Shown: one piece after another, positions 37,146 through 50,430 of the stretch
How positions within the stretch are numbered: position 1 is the first letter of the stretch
How the letters are laid out: every line of letters begins with the position of its first letter
Source of the DNA: Octopus vulgaris
Taxonomy: Eukaryota
DNA length: 64,000 nt
Reading direction: 5' to 3'
NCBI GenBank assembly: GCA_951406725.2
Contig: OX597814.1
Coordinates: 82,956,001-83,020,000, forward strand
Notes under the pieces: model-generated
What the model was told of the DNA's origin: nothing
What the model saw: the letters and a program-made list of their open reading frames with translations, nothing else
The model's database searches: none
Program-made: the position numbers and the translations under genes

Positions 37146-37751
37146 TAACATTCACTTTTCAAGTTGGGCTGCATCCACACTTTTCATGTTGGATGATTTG
37201 TCAGGTGCTGGCAAGCCAGAAAACTGCACCAAGTCCTACTGACTGCTTTGGCATGGGTTCTATGACTGGATGCTATTTCTAATGCCAACCACTTTACAGA
37301 GTGTGCTGGATGTTTTTTACATGGCACCAGCAAGTTACCTGCAAGACAAGACTCCCCAACTGAGAGGAGAGTAGTATTAAGGGAAGTGACTTTGCACCAG
37401 ATAATGAGAGATTAGAGTATGATAGAGGGACAGTAATAAGTGTCTTACAGTAGAGGAGGTACACGGTTACCCTTGTTAGAAAAGGAGAAGAGAGAGAAGA
37501 TGGTGCAGCAGATGTGATGGGGCATTCCTTCAAGTTACCAGAAGGGGTGGGTGATAGGATGATGAGTTGCAATGTGAGTTTATATAGATATAATAGATCA
37601 TTTGATAAATGTATGCATAAAATTACTGTATAAACAAAATCAATGAGCATCAATGAATATATAAACCAAAATTTACAGACAATGAGGAATAAATTTTAAA
37701 TTAATGCATAAACTTAAAAAAAACTACGCTATTAAATAAAACTGTATAGAT

Positions 37752-38198
37752 ACAGGCATGACTGTGTGGTAAGAAGCTTGCTTCCCAACCACTAGGTTCC
37801 GAGTTGAGTCCTACTGCATGGCATCTTGGGCAAATGTCTTCTACTATTGCCACAGGCCAACCAAAGCCTTATGAGTGGATTTTGTAGACAGAAACCGAAA
37901 GAAGCTTGTCACATACATGTGTGTGTATGCATTTGTGCATGCACATGTATATGTGCTTAAATGTGCATGTGTCTTTATGCTTATGTTTGTCCCCCACCAC
38001 CACTTGACAACTGGTGCTGGTGTGTTTACCACCCCATAACTTAGCAGTTCAGCAATAGTGACCAATAGAATAAGTACCAGGCTTAACAGAAAAAAATTAG
38101 TAGTAGGGCTGATTCATTTGACTAAAAATTCTTCAAAGTAGTGCCCCAGCATGGCTGCAGTCTAATGACTAAACAAATAAAAGATAAAAGATAAAAGA
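37752..38198 (+). mobile_element. SINE family A, full length
   Basis: A-box tgtgtggtaagaag, B-box gagttgagtcc, tail ccagcatggctgcagtctaatgact and (aaaagat)n. Confidence 0.85.
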
Positions 38199-39149
38199 TG
38201 TTAATTTTCCTTTCATGGAAAACTTTTGACATTTTAGAGAGAATGGAGATGAATAGTTGCTACTGCTTAAAAGTTCATATCCTGAAACCAGACTTTGCCA
38301 CTTGTATTTTACTCTAGTTAACAAACAGCTGCTACTTCTCTATCCTATTGTGCAGTTGGTGTTTTGGCTCCAGGTAAAAAGTTATATCTGTAAAACTAAT
38401 CAACTGCTCAGAGAAATCATACAAGTATTAAAATATCCACAATCTTGCTGCAACTGTTATTCTTTTGAGAAAATGGAGATGAAAACTGTCAGAAGACTAG
38501 TTTTTCACTTTGCCAAGAATAGCTGTTCACATAACATCATCATTACTTTTCTGTTTTTTCCATGCTGGCATGAGTTGGATAAGATATATCAAAACAGTAT
38601 ACTATGGCTAGATATCCTTCCTGTTGTCAACCATTATTTGTTTTTCATGGAGGACATTTTTATTTCCTCGGTCTTCACATCAATCTGATGAAACCTTCAA
38701 GTTATCTGGTGTATTGTTTACAGGGAATGTAAACAAACACACCATTGCTTGCTGTCAATGTGAAGAAATGTTCATCTATTCTATTAGTTATTGGACTGCA
38801 ACCATTGGGGGCAGGGCACTGCCTTGAAGGGTAATAGTCAAATAAGTTGAACCCACTACTTAAGTTTTAAGTCTGGTTCTTATTCTATCAATCTCTTTTT
38901 CCAAACCACTAAGTTACAGGAACATAATCAAACCTACACCAGTTGTCGAGTGATGAGGCACACTCACATCTATCTATCTGTCTGGCTGACTGTTTGTCTG
39001 TCTGTCTACACACAAACACACATGCACGCACACACCAGGTTTCTGTACAGTTTCTGTTTACCAAATTTCATTCACAAGGCCTTGATCAACCAAAGGCTAT
39101 AGTAAAAAATACTGAAAATCTTGCGTCTCAAAGTAATTATGCAAATCAT

Positions 39150-39700
39150 CTACAACTCTCATTTAGTTGATAAATAACTAATAGATTAAATCAAAGTGAT
39201 AATGCGATCATCTTCCTTATGATTACTGCACAACATATATTCCCTAGTAAAGCAAGAGTAAAGATTATGTAATTCAGGATAATTTATAATAAAGCAATCC
39301 TTAAAACAATACTTTAGGGAAAATATAGTATATAAGTGCTCTATCATTGCTCTTAGTAAAGAACATGCTTACATTGGTGCATCCTCTTCTTCATTCAAAC
39401 TTTGCTGGAATAATCACAAATCTATATTTTGGCATAAAGTAAAGGCAAGCAGTATATCTTTAGCTAACTTCCTACATCTTTTCATTGATAATAATATTAA
39501 ATTTAAAATTGCTGGGTCCATTGTACGTAATTCTCAGTTGTATAAAAAAATGGCAGTGGCTGGTATGGGCTCTGTGTTTCTGAGGCATTCCATATTAATA
39601 AAATTAACAAAATTAAATCAAATATTATAAATCAACATAATGAATTGATTGTAAGATACCAATACCTTAAATATAAATCTTTCCTACATTCTAACTACAC
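39150..39700 (+). mobile_element. Penelope-like element GIY-YIG endonuclease remnant
   Basis: From 39319: ENIVYKCSIIALSKEHAYIGASSSSFKLCWNNHKSIF..NNIKFKIAGSIV.., then after a shift in an A-run NGSGWYGLCVSEAFHI..INQHNELI. Not in the ORF track. Confidence 0.85.
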
Positions 39701-40791
39701 TTAACACTGCACTTAATCATTATATCTACCCTAATTGACTTAATAGCCTGGATTAATGCTTTGAATAAATTCCACATCTATATTACCTGTAATGTTACAC
39801 TACCTTAATAAGAGATAATGTTTTAGAATATATTCATACATTCTGCTATTTGGAGAAATACTTCTTACCCATGAAAGCCAGCACCTACATCTAAATCATT
39901 CATGTATGCTAGCTAATTCCCTACTTCAGTTAACCATATTTTAGTCTTACTTTATTTGATAATATATTAAACCATTTCGAGACATTCTACTACCTAGCTC
40001 AATACAATTGAATAATTCCCTACCTTGTTCACCATTATTTATTTCCACCTTAGTGATAGATAATGTATTAGACCATATTCAAATATTCTATGTGTGAAAA
40101 TACTTATTTTTAAGGTGTTAGCACCTTAAATTTAAAGCTTCCATATGACAACTATACATATCTTGACACTTGAATATTGAACATACACTAACCTTTATCA
40201 ATATAAATATATAATTCTACACCTTAACTAACTGTCATTTGGCTTCACTGTAGAAATAGAAAATGTATTAGACCTTTTAGACATTCTGCTATTTATATAA
40301 TACTTCTTGCATGTTGAAGTTTGATATTCCAGTCTATCATATTTAATGTCTGAACCATTTTTCCATATTTGAAGCTGCTACTCTATAATGACCACATGTT
40401 TTCATAATTCTACACCTTCAAACCTCTATGTACTTCTGTTTGCATCTACCTTAGACATCAATTCCTTTTATTAATATACATGAATCATTAATTCTGGTCC
40501 TATAATAATGTTTGGTAGATTGAATCTAATTGAAGTGTTTACATCTTAGTATTTATATACATACACTTACATATATACTCATATATATAGTTATTGTGTT
40601 AAGATATCTATATGTACACAAATATTTGTATCTGTGTGTATGCCTATGAATATATATGTATCTATGTATGTACCCTGTTTCTGATATTTATGTTTATATG
40701 CATGTATATGTAGCCATATCTGTTTATCAATGATAATGATGTATATTTAATATGTACATTAAATAGACAGGTATGTCTGCGTTTTATATCC

Positions 40792-40853
<62 letters not shown>

Positions 40854-42014
40854 CTATGCATATTTTTTTATACATGCTCATATTTATATTTATGTCTATG
40901 GATACATGTGCAACTGGATGTGCCTATATAAGTATCTTTTCTACTATCAATACAAAAGTATGTCCATGCAGTAATGTATATATATGTATATGTAAATAAA
41001 TATATACATGCATATGCTTATATGTATGTATGTCTCTATAGGTGTATATGTGTATGTTCCTACATTTATTTATAGGTGCATATTTTTTTAATATTGTGCA
41101 TATTATGTTTGTATATGTTTCTGTACATATTTAGCTATTGACTATGTGCTTATACTTATGTATACATACATATGTCTGAGTGTGTACCAATGTTTGCCTC
41201 CATGTGGTATGTATGTACATTAATAAGAATGTGAATACATATCTGTGTGGATGTGGTTGTATATTTTTTATTTTTTTACTTCATTATTCTATTTTTGTTT
41301 TTTGTTTTTTGTATGCTAATGTTTATTAGTATCTGCCTCAGCTTGGTGTATTGACTTCACTACAGTTTAGTGAAAGACAATGCATTTGAAGACCATTTGA
41401 CTGTTTAATCCTATTTGAAAGTAACTGTTGTTCAAAACTATCCCTTGGTTTAATTTTTAAATCTTCAGCCATCTATTCACTACTGAATTCATATATATCA
41501 TATCTTGTTTTATTGTTTATATGTAATTTTAAACACTCTCAAGATATTTTTTTATTTAATCCAACTACTTTACTGCCTCTCCTATCAATTTCCTGTCTTG
41601 TGTTTGCTTTAAGAATGGTCAAGTCCTTAAACTTAGATCCAGCATCTTAACTGATAGCATACAAATGTATTTATTATTTGCATTTATTCTTTAATGACAA
41701 TACCAATCTAATTTTATCAATTATTAGTCTTCCACCCATTGTATATATAAAGGATAATTTTGTATGCATATGCCAAGTTGAAGCATTAGTGTAACCATTA
41801 TGTTCTCGAGATCTGAAGAGCTAGCCTTCTATATCTGAATTGATTTGTAAATGTACAGTTATACTGTGCAATGTGTGTGTTTTAGTTAAGATCAAAGTAT
41901 ATAGTTAACAATTTGAAAAACTATCACCACATTACACACACACATACACACACACACACGTACATACACACGTATAGATAATGTACATAATGTGAGAATA
42001 TATATATATATATA

Positions 42015-42480
42015 GAACATGTAGAAAGATAAATTTTATTCAACAAATTTTTCTGCTTTTAAAAAACAGATTTTATCCTTTGTATATATACTCTTCAGTA
42101 TCTACGCGTTGAGTAAAATTAGCTTTTTAGTTGTTCTACAATACATTTCAACGCTTTGAAAACAAACTTCTTTATTTACATATGACATAAGCTATGTGAC
42201 ATCCAGTGTTCCTGGATAATTCTGTAACTTCTTAAATTGCAGAAAGATTTGGCAGTCAGGTAGTTTAGCTTAAATGGTAAAGCATTCCAACCAGATATTG
42301 GAGGGATGTGAGTTCAATCCTCATGGCTGGCTGCTGACAAATTTTTCTGCTTTTACAAAATGGATTTTATCCTTTGTATATATACTGTTCATTATCTATG
42401 TGTTGAATAAAATTTATTTTTCTGCTTGTTCAACTATACATTTCAACACTTTGAAAACAAACTTGTTTGTTTACATACAA
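42015..42480 (+). mobile_element. tRNA-headed repeat: inverted fragment, body, spacer, tRNA-like head, body
   Basis: Body at 42042-42185 repeats at 42337-42478. tRNA-like head at 42259-42331 (D-arm gctt/aagc, T-arm gtgag-ttcaatc-ctcat). 42015-42043 is an inverted piece of the body. Confidence 0.8.
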
Positions 42481-42855
42481 TGTGTATATATATATATCAA
42501 TGTGTGGGTATGTATATGTGCATGTGTGTTTCTATTATCAACACAAACATAACAACCAACAGCAACGTAGTATGAAGTAGATAATCAAATCGATTTCAAA
42601 GAAAAACATAGAAGGATTTTTTAGTGTATTTTAAAGTTAAATGAAATGTCTTTGATCTTAGGTCTATGAGTATTGACTTGAGACTAAAGAGCCATAACAA
42701 TACAATTAACAAGAACAATATAAGCACCACACCACCAGCAATACCTGACCACTGTTACTAACATCTAAACCAATGCAACTCACATCATCACCACTATCAA
42801 TCCTCTAATTCTTTAATCCAACTGGCTACAGCAGATATCAACATGTGTGTGTGCA

Positions 42856-42897
<42 letters not shown>

Positions 42898-43165
42898 TAT
42901 TTGCACATGAGCATGTATTTATATCTGACATCAGAAGTGCAAGGAGCACTACCTATAAAATCTGCTGACCCTTCAGCTGACTGTAATCACAGTACTTTTT
43001 CTTCATCAGTCCTTCACTTTTTCATCTTATTCTCATTATTCCATCAACAAGAATGAGACAATTTTCCATTCTCACAAAACAGATCTTCCCTGGGCCAATT
43101 TTTTCACTCTATAGTTGTTGCAGATAATTAATCCCTGCTGCTTTTGGATTTGCCTTTAGTTTAAA

Positions 43166-45363
43166 ATGCCTGGGAAGAAGCTATCAAGCAGACATTAAGG
43201 CAGTAGTGTGAAAAGGAATAATAAAGGGATTACACTGAATATTAAGCATGATATGTAAAAAGACTTCATGCAGAAGTAAAATTATATTGCCAAAGCATTA
43301 AATCTTGCAACATCTACAGAAGGAACAATACATAACAACAGAGAGCAAACTATGTAAAGTGCTCAAGAAGCTATTCCATTGACTGTTCAGACCTTATTTT
43401 TCTATAGATCTTATGTAATGCTTAAAATGGAATGATGCTTGAGTGTATAGATCAAGGATCAGAATTGGTGTAATATGCTGATAAACATGATGGCAATTCA
43501 AAAAAGGAGCCAAAAGTTTATATGATGATTTGCAAAAAAAAAAAAAAAAATGGGTGGGGGACTTTTAATGGAAATCCCTTTTTTGTTAGTAAAATCTGGT
43601 TTGAAAGGTTTAAAGATCATATGAATTTGCACAACATAAAAATGACTAGTGAAATTGCGAGTGCTGATACAGAGACTGCTACTAAATTATCCTTAGCAAT
43701 TGAAAGAAATGATTGTTGAAGGAGGCTACACACCAGAACAAGTACACAATGTTGATGAAACTGCATTTTACTGGAAATGCATGCCTGTTAGAACTTTTAT
43801 TTCTCAAGAAAAAAAATCAACACCAGGATATAAAACCTCCAAAAATTATCTGACATTTCTTTTGGGAGGAAATACTGTTGGTGACATGCAACTAAAGCCC
43901 CTACGCATGTATCACTCTGAAAACCTGTTGTAGGGAATTAGTAATAATGGTACACCCCTCCCACATGATGAATAGAATAACCTAATCACTATAAGTAAAG
44001 AGAAGTATGTGAAATACCAGAGTATGTAGTAGGTGATCAGAGATAGTTGTATCTTTACTATTTTTACTAAATGTACTATATACCAAACATTTTAAAGATT
44101 ATAATAAAATCTGAGAGCTGTCAAGAGTTACACAAAGTTTAATCTACTTCTAATTTGGTGTCTAAATAATAAGGTATAGATGATTATGTCTCGTACAGAG
44201 TGAGTGATAATATTTCCAACAAAATATTGCTTATTTTAGACAATACACTGAGCCATCTATGAACATAGATGACCTTTCTGAAAGTAGAATATACTCTCAA
44301 GAATACAACTTCTTTACTACAGCCAATGAATCAAATTGTGATAGCTAACTTCAAGAAGCATTATATGAGAACTTTCAAACAACTTTTGAAAGCAACTGAC
44401 AAGGAGAATAAACCTACACTTGGGGATTTCTGGAAGAAATTCAACATTAAGGATGCTGCGCATGATATAACTAGGCCATGATATGAAGTGAAACCTTCAA
44501 CTTTGACTAGTTCTTGGAAAATTATATGGCCAAGCTGTATCTGTGACATTACAAATTTTCCTCAAGCAGAAAGTCTACATCAAATCTGGAAAGATATTGT
44601 GACATATGCAAAGGATGTAGGATTTGAAGAAGTCATAGGGAATGATGTATTTGAGTTGCTAGTGATCCAGAGAGAAAGTTTATCTAACAAGGAGCTGATA
44701 CTGTTAGTAACAGAAAAAGTTGAGAATACAGATGAAATACTACAACTATTGGCTATAAAAATTATTGCTAAAGGATTTGCGCTTATAGAGGAAGGTCTGC
44801 TGGCTTTTGCTGATAATGGTCCTAACAGTGAATTAAAAGAGGAATTTATAATGAGTTCAGTTCCTATATTGAGCTGTCCAAAGGGATGCTGCATCATAAT
44901 CAACAAACAACTTTGGATGAATTCTTCATCCCTCAAGCTAATGTCAATGATAATGTACTATAGTAAATATGGTCTCTCATCCTCCTAATAATATGCATTC
45001 CATCACCATTCCTCACAATGTAGTCAACATCTTTTTGTGGTAAAGAACAAAAGATGTTGACTACGATATTATAATTCTTATCAATTCCCTAACTCATTCT
45101 TCTTTAAATGTTTTTGTCGTTATGTATCTAAACTTTGCTGTGTACGCTCAAAAATAATTATTTTCAGGCATAAAGGTTTTTTTCTCTGTTTTTTTCCTTG
45201 GTCATTCAATTTTTCTTTTTTAAAAAATGAAAACCCTGTAGGAGCACAAACTCACTTGATAGTATGAAAATCAATAAGAAAATTAATTACGTTTTATAGA
45301 ATTTCATGTTATGGTCAAAGTTTCAGGAATACATTTCTTCCATAAAGTGAGGGATTCCTCTGT
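43166..45363 (+). mobile_element. pogo/Tigger (TIGD1-like) transposon, decayed
   Basis: SKIWFERFK..LHNIKMTSEIASAD, GYTPEQVHNVDETAFYWKCMP.RTFI, KILLILDN, NTTSLLQPMNQ.VIANFK. Terminal taaagtgagggattcctctg. Unrelated sequence at ~43930-44205. Confidence 0.9.
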
Positions 45364-45387
45364 GCATGTGTGGTGTGTGTATATATG

Positions 45388-45441
<54 letters not shown>

Positions 45442-45489
45442 AAAAAAGTCAAGGTAGAAAATGCTAAAATAATTTTATAAAAAACATTT

Positions 45490-45525
45490 CAGTACCAGTT
45501 TCAATCATTGAGACTTTTTCAACTG
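45490..45525 (-). ncRNA. Type-I hammerhead motif F (U3-A8 covariant core)
   Basis: cag-TTGAAAA-agtc[tcaat]gatt-GAAA-ctgg-TA-ctg. Confidence 0.6.
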
Positions 45526-45844
45526 TAAGTATGGAATAATTAAATTTTGGAAAAATTAAAAGAAAAGTCTTTTTAAAAGAATATTTACATAGTATTCAAA
45601 TACAATGGGCAGTTTCCTTGTTTCTGCCTGTCTCTGTCTCTCTTGTTTACTCCTGTGGGTTCAAGGTCGATGTGAATTCTTGGTAGGGAATGATAATAAT
45701 AATAATAATAATAATAGTAAAATTTGTCTTAAGAAAGTTGGCACACTATAGTCCCAAACAGAATATATAAAGCATCACCAGAAATTCAACTAATTGGCAA
45801 TTACAGCCTAATACACACACACACACACAAACACACACAAACAA

Positions 45845-45894
<50 letters not shown>

Positions 45895-48800
45895 TCTCTC
45901 TTGCACACATATATATGTATGTATGTATATATGTTTTCCCATATAATAACAGCAACAGTAACAGATAAGATAGCTTTTTTCCAATGATATTGTCTAGAGA
46001 TATGTTTAAAAGGTTAATAAATATAGGTAAATAGATAGTTTTAGGTAAATTTCTTTTTAATGTTATCACTGTGGAGATATGTTCAGCAATGTAGAATGAA
46101 ATTTTGTGATTTAGTTTAGATTTAATACAAAAGTAGGCTAAAACATTGAAGAAAGTTATGATTTACGGCCTATAAGTAATAGAAATGCTGTTTACTTAGC
46201 TGAAGTAATATATGAAAAAATTATGAAATCGAGTACATAAATTACATTGTGTGATATAAAAGCCTATCAGTAGCATAAACTAATATAAAATTGTAATGTA
46301 AAAATTGTTTATATGAAAATAAATCTCCATTTACAATTTGTAAGATATATGTAAAATATTGCATTTTAAAGCATTATCAATAACATTATCTGATATTATC
46401 GCTTTTATGAATGTGATGGCTAAATGGCTAAGTTGTTGGATTACAAGCCAAATGAGAATAAACAGTAATCTTCTTGTCACACTGTACCAACATTGACATT
46501 CTTTCCATTTCATTGCTGAGTGGTGTAGCTATTAAAAAAAATATTGAGTATTTTCAACCAGAATAGTTCCATAGCAATTGATGTATGTTCAGAGTTGCCC
46601 TTTGGCTTTTTGAATTTGTATGAATGTTTATGTATTGTATGAAGAGATATGAGAGAAGAGTGAATGAGTCAGAATATATATAGCATTGGTAGGAATATCT
46701 AAAGATTTTAAAACTTCTTTGTAACAGATATTATATTTGTTTTAACTGCTGGAATCTTGAAGTTAACAAGACTGATATAGATGCAGTCTATTCTTCTAAT
46801 AGTTTATACAAAGCTATCTTAATAACTATTGCTAAGTAAAACCTTGTAATACCTACTCCACTAAATTTGTTTTGAGGAATAGCTCATTCTTAATCTTTTT
46901 AAAATGTTGTTAATAAATAAATAAATAAATAAATAACTATGGTTTAATTGAGTTACATTTGATAATTTACTAAACTGTATCTAACCAAGACCACACATGA
47001 GCAATTATTTTATGAAGGATCATGCTATGAACTAATTGATGAGAAACAATCACAGAAATTTAAAATAATTATATGCATAGGAATAAGATTTTATGATGTT
47101 CAAGGATTTTCCAAGGCAGCAGTATTGACACATGCAAATTGATATCTTCAAACATTTTGTCTTTATATTTAATGATGAAATGTATGAAAACATGTATAAA
47201 GAAATATTTTTTATGCATTTAAAAAATTAATTTTACTGATGTTCATTGTTTTTTTAAAACACTGTTCCTGGAGCTAACTTGTTATGACATTGTTTTCTTA
47301 GAAAAACAAGGGAAAATCTTCCTTGTTGCCTTCAAGTCAAAGATTTTTAATGAAAGAAAAATGGGAGAAGTTATCTAAATTATGTGAGGGGATATAACAA
47401 CTCTGAGAGATATTGTGAACTCTGCTGGAAATTAGCTTTTAATCAATTTTGCTTGCACTGACAATTAATGTACAACTGCTTGATAAATAAGGTTTTTATG
47501 TCCTGACAAATAATATAATGCCCTGCTTAAACTAAGATACTATTAGATCCCTTTGTTTTAAATGTTTTTAAATGTCTTAGTTTGAGGAAGACTGAGAGCA
47601 TGGTCTTTACAGCATCTCCAAGACTGATGGGGATAGAGGGAGTTATTTTTCAAAAAGAGGTCTGATTTGAATGTTTTTAGGTATCTTTTAGATGCCTTCG
47701 TCAAACCCTGCTAAAGACACCTAAGACCCAATTGAGTGGTATTAAACTGTGTGATGTATTTAATCTATTACTTACAAACATGAATGATAACTTTGATGGG
47801 CCTCCTTACAATTTCCATCTATCAAATTCCATTTACAAGGCTTTGGTTGATCTGAGACTGTAGTAGAAACACTTTTTCCATATGCTGTATAGCAGAATTA
47901 AATCGAAAAACCAGAAAATTGTGAAGTGAACTTCTTAATTATTTGACTATAAATGTGTGGAAGTCCAGAGTGTTGGCCATAAAGATGCTTCTCTATTAGA
48001 CCCATATTAGGGCATTCTCACACATATGGGATGCTGATACTATGTACATACAGACATCCTAAATTGTATTAAAGAAAACGTCTTTCAAATGACTGGCTAA
48101 GATTCACTTATTAGCATGCTGTAACCACTGGTTCTCACATGCTCAGTTTCCTTTCTTTGCCCCATTAGTCTCATATTATAAAAGAGAGGCTGATCTCTGT
48201 GTGTTCATAAAAACACCTGTGTGGAGAGAGGGAAAAAGGGAAGGTTGAATTGTATTTACCTGGCCCAGTCTTCATACATGGACAATTTTATGTTGCTAAC
48301 AGTACAGTGGGAGACACTGAAAACCAGTGCAAATATATAGACAAGGAATGTTGTTTATCATAAAGTTATCTTATGAGATGTTCTCCATTAACTATACTTA
48401 TTCTGTAGAATATGAAAAAAAGTATTTTAAATAAACATTATTGTTTAACAGTATTCAAACTGTTATTAATGTCAACCAAGAAAGTAAGTCTAAACATTCT
48501 TTGCACAATTTATGAAGAAATGTGCATGATTAACAAATATTTTTTACCAGCAGTGTAGTGAAGGGTAATGAACCAGTTGCTACTAAAATGACTTATTTTC
48601 TTCTTAACTAACTAGTTGTATACACTTGTCACAGAGATTCACCCATCTTTCCTCTTGCTTTCATTCTTACTGTATCACTTCTATGACCATTTAATTAAAC
48701 ATTTTTCTGAAAACATTGACCAATAAATATCAAAACTGAACATCAACCACAGTAACATCTCCTGTCTGGGAAGGCCTGCAAAAGGTTGGAGTACATCTCT

Positions 48801-49547
48801 TCACATTCCTCCTCAGCCTAACTTATAAAATCTTCATAATCTTGCTCTTCATAAATAGGTAAGTATTTGATATGTTATCTGTACAATATTTCCAGAGATA
48901 TTTACTTTATTCATGGAAGGAATTTCCATTTTAGGTTTTGGAAATAAATAAGTTTGAATTTAGCATCTTTTTTTTTTTTTTGAGAGAAAATCTATAGATT
49001 TGGGTGAATTTAAAGATTTCTATTTTTATGAAAGAGAATTGAATGCATAAATATTTTGTAAAATCAATAAAACTCTATAAAATATGTATGGTAATGTTTC
49101 AAAATTCTATCTTTTTATGACGAAAAGAAAAACTGAATTTAGCCTACAAGGACTAAAACAAGGAGAGTAATTTGATGATACTGCCTAGAATGTAACATGA
49201 GTAAATCCAAAGATGCAGACTTCTATGACACAATAATTCTAATAATGATAGTAATAATAATAAATCCTCTACTTTTGGCTCAAGACTAGCAATTTTGATG
49301 AGAAGGAAAGTTGATTACATTGACTCCAGTGCTCAACTGGTATTTATTTTATTGACTCCCCCAAATGGACGAAAGATAAAATTGGTCCTGGTGGTATTTG
49401 AACTCAGAACATAAAGGGCTGGAAGAAATAACACTAAGCATTTCTGTTTGGTATGCTAACAATTCTGCCAGTTCACTATCTTAATAGTAAAAATCATTAC
49501 CCTTTCTACTATAGGCACAATGCCTGAAATTTTAGAAGAGATGAATG

Positions 49548-49960
49548 TTTCCACCCTTCATTATCTTTCACCTCTTCTCTACCAACCTTGAACTGCTGGT
49601 GCTAGTGAAAAACAGATGTTCAGCTCGTACAAGTTAATCCATAAGCAGCCTGAAGCATTTCATAAATTTCTGCAATATTTTTGCTCAGTTTAACACCAAA
49701 CTTTAATGCATAGCGAGCTTCCAAATTGTTTGTGTGTCCTGATTGCATTCTGAAAACTAGCTAACTGTGACAATCAGTGTTTCATAGGGTGTGTTCAAAG
49801 TGCTGTTACAGTCATCTCCTTCAGTCTGGAATAAAAAATAAGTTGGCAGGTCAGCATACTAGATGTATAGTAATCATGTACTAAATTCACAATAATCTAG
49901 GACAATTATAACTGCCTATCCTAAAAAAAGCTCAAGTCTGGAATGCACTTTCTAGTATAA
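49548..49960 (-). mobile_element. Mariner 5' fragment (HTH)
   Basis: EARYALKFGVKLSKNIAEIYEMLQAAYG..SVFH*HQQFKVGREEVKD from the ATG at 49748. Confidence 0.8.
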
Positions 49961-50268
49961 CTTCCTAACTGCAGCATAGATTTCACTATGTTGCTCAAGT
50001 TGTGATGAGAATCGCTAAGTAAATTTATAGAATTATTCACTGGTTGAGTAGAAAAATAGAATTGTTTAGAGAATACATGTGATTATAAAACCAAATATGT
50101 ACGATGTTGTCTCTTGAAATAATTAAAATTATATTAGTCATTGATTGGTATTGTAATTTTCCTTCACTGTGTAGTTAATTTTAGTTAGCATTTCAATGCT
50201 TTCTGCATTAAATATATTATCAATAATGTAATTACTGTTTTTCATAGAATTTGTGGCTGAGTTTTTTT

Positions 50269-50430
50269 TTATTCTCTAAGTAGATTTAACCTAGATTTGC
50301 CTCTTCGAGCCATAATAATTAGATATTCATCAGTTTCAGTAATGAATGTTCTAGTTTTTCTATCAATGGAATGGATTACTGGTTGAGTTATCATGTAAGT
50401 GGCTGAGTATTCCATAAACAAATGTATCCT
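50269..50430 (-). mobile_element. Possible R4/Dong-like non-LTR RT remnant
   Basis: MEYSATYMITQPVIHSIDRKTRTFIT..YLIIMARRGKSRL resembles the YSA..WT..LDRKTRK..LY.PR..GGRGL motif. Confidence 0.45.

Noticed and set aside
41813-41930. CTGAAGAG downstream of the 39-kb PLE
   Set aside because: No closing stem II, GAAA or stem I was found in register.
42066-42102. Minus-strand CTGAAGA-gtatatatac hammerhead-like motif
   Set aside because: GAAA is missing and the other two copies read tgaacag.
42259-42331. Functional tRNA gene
   Set aside because: The acceptor stem is poor, the anticodon loop lacks U33, and it is embedded in a repeat.
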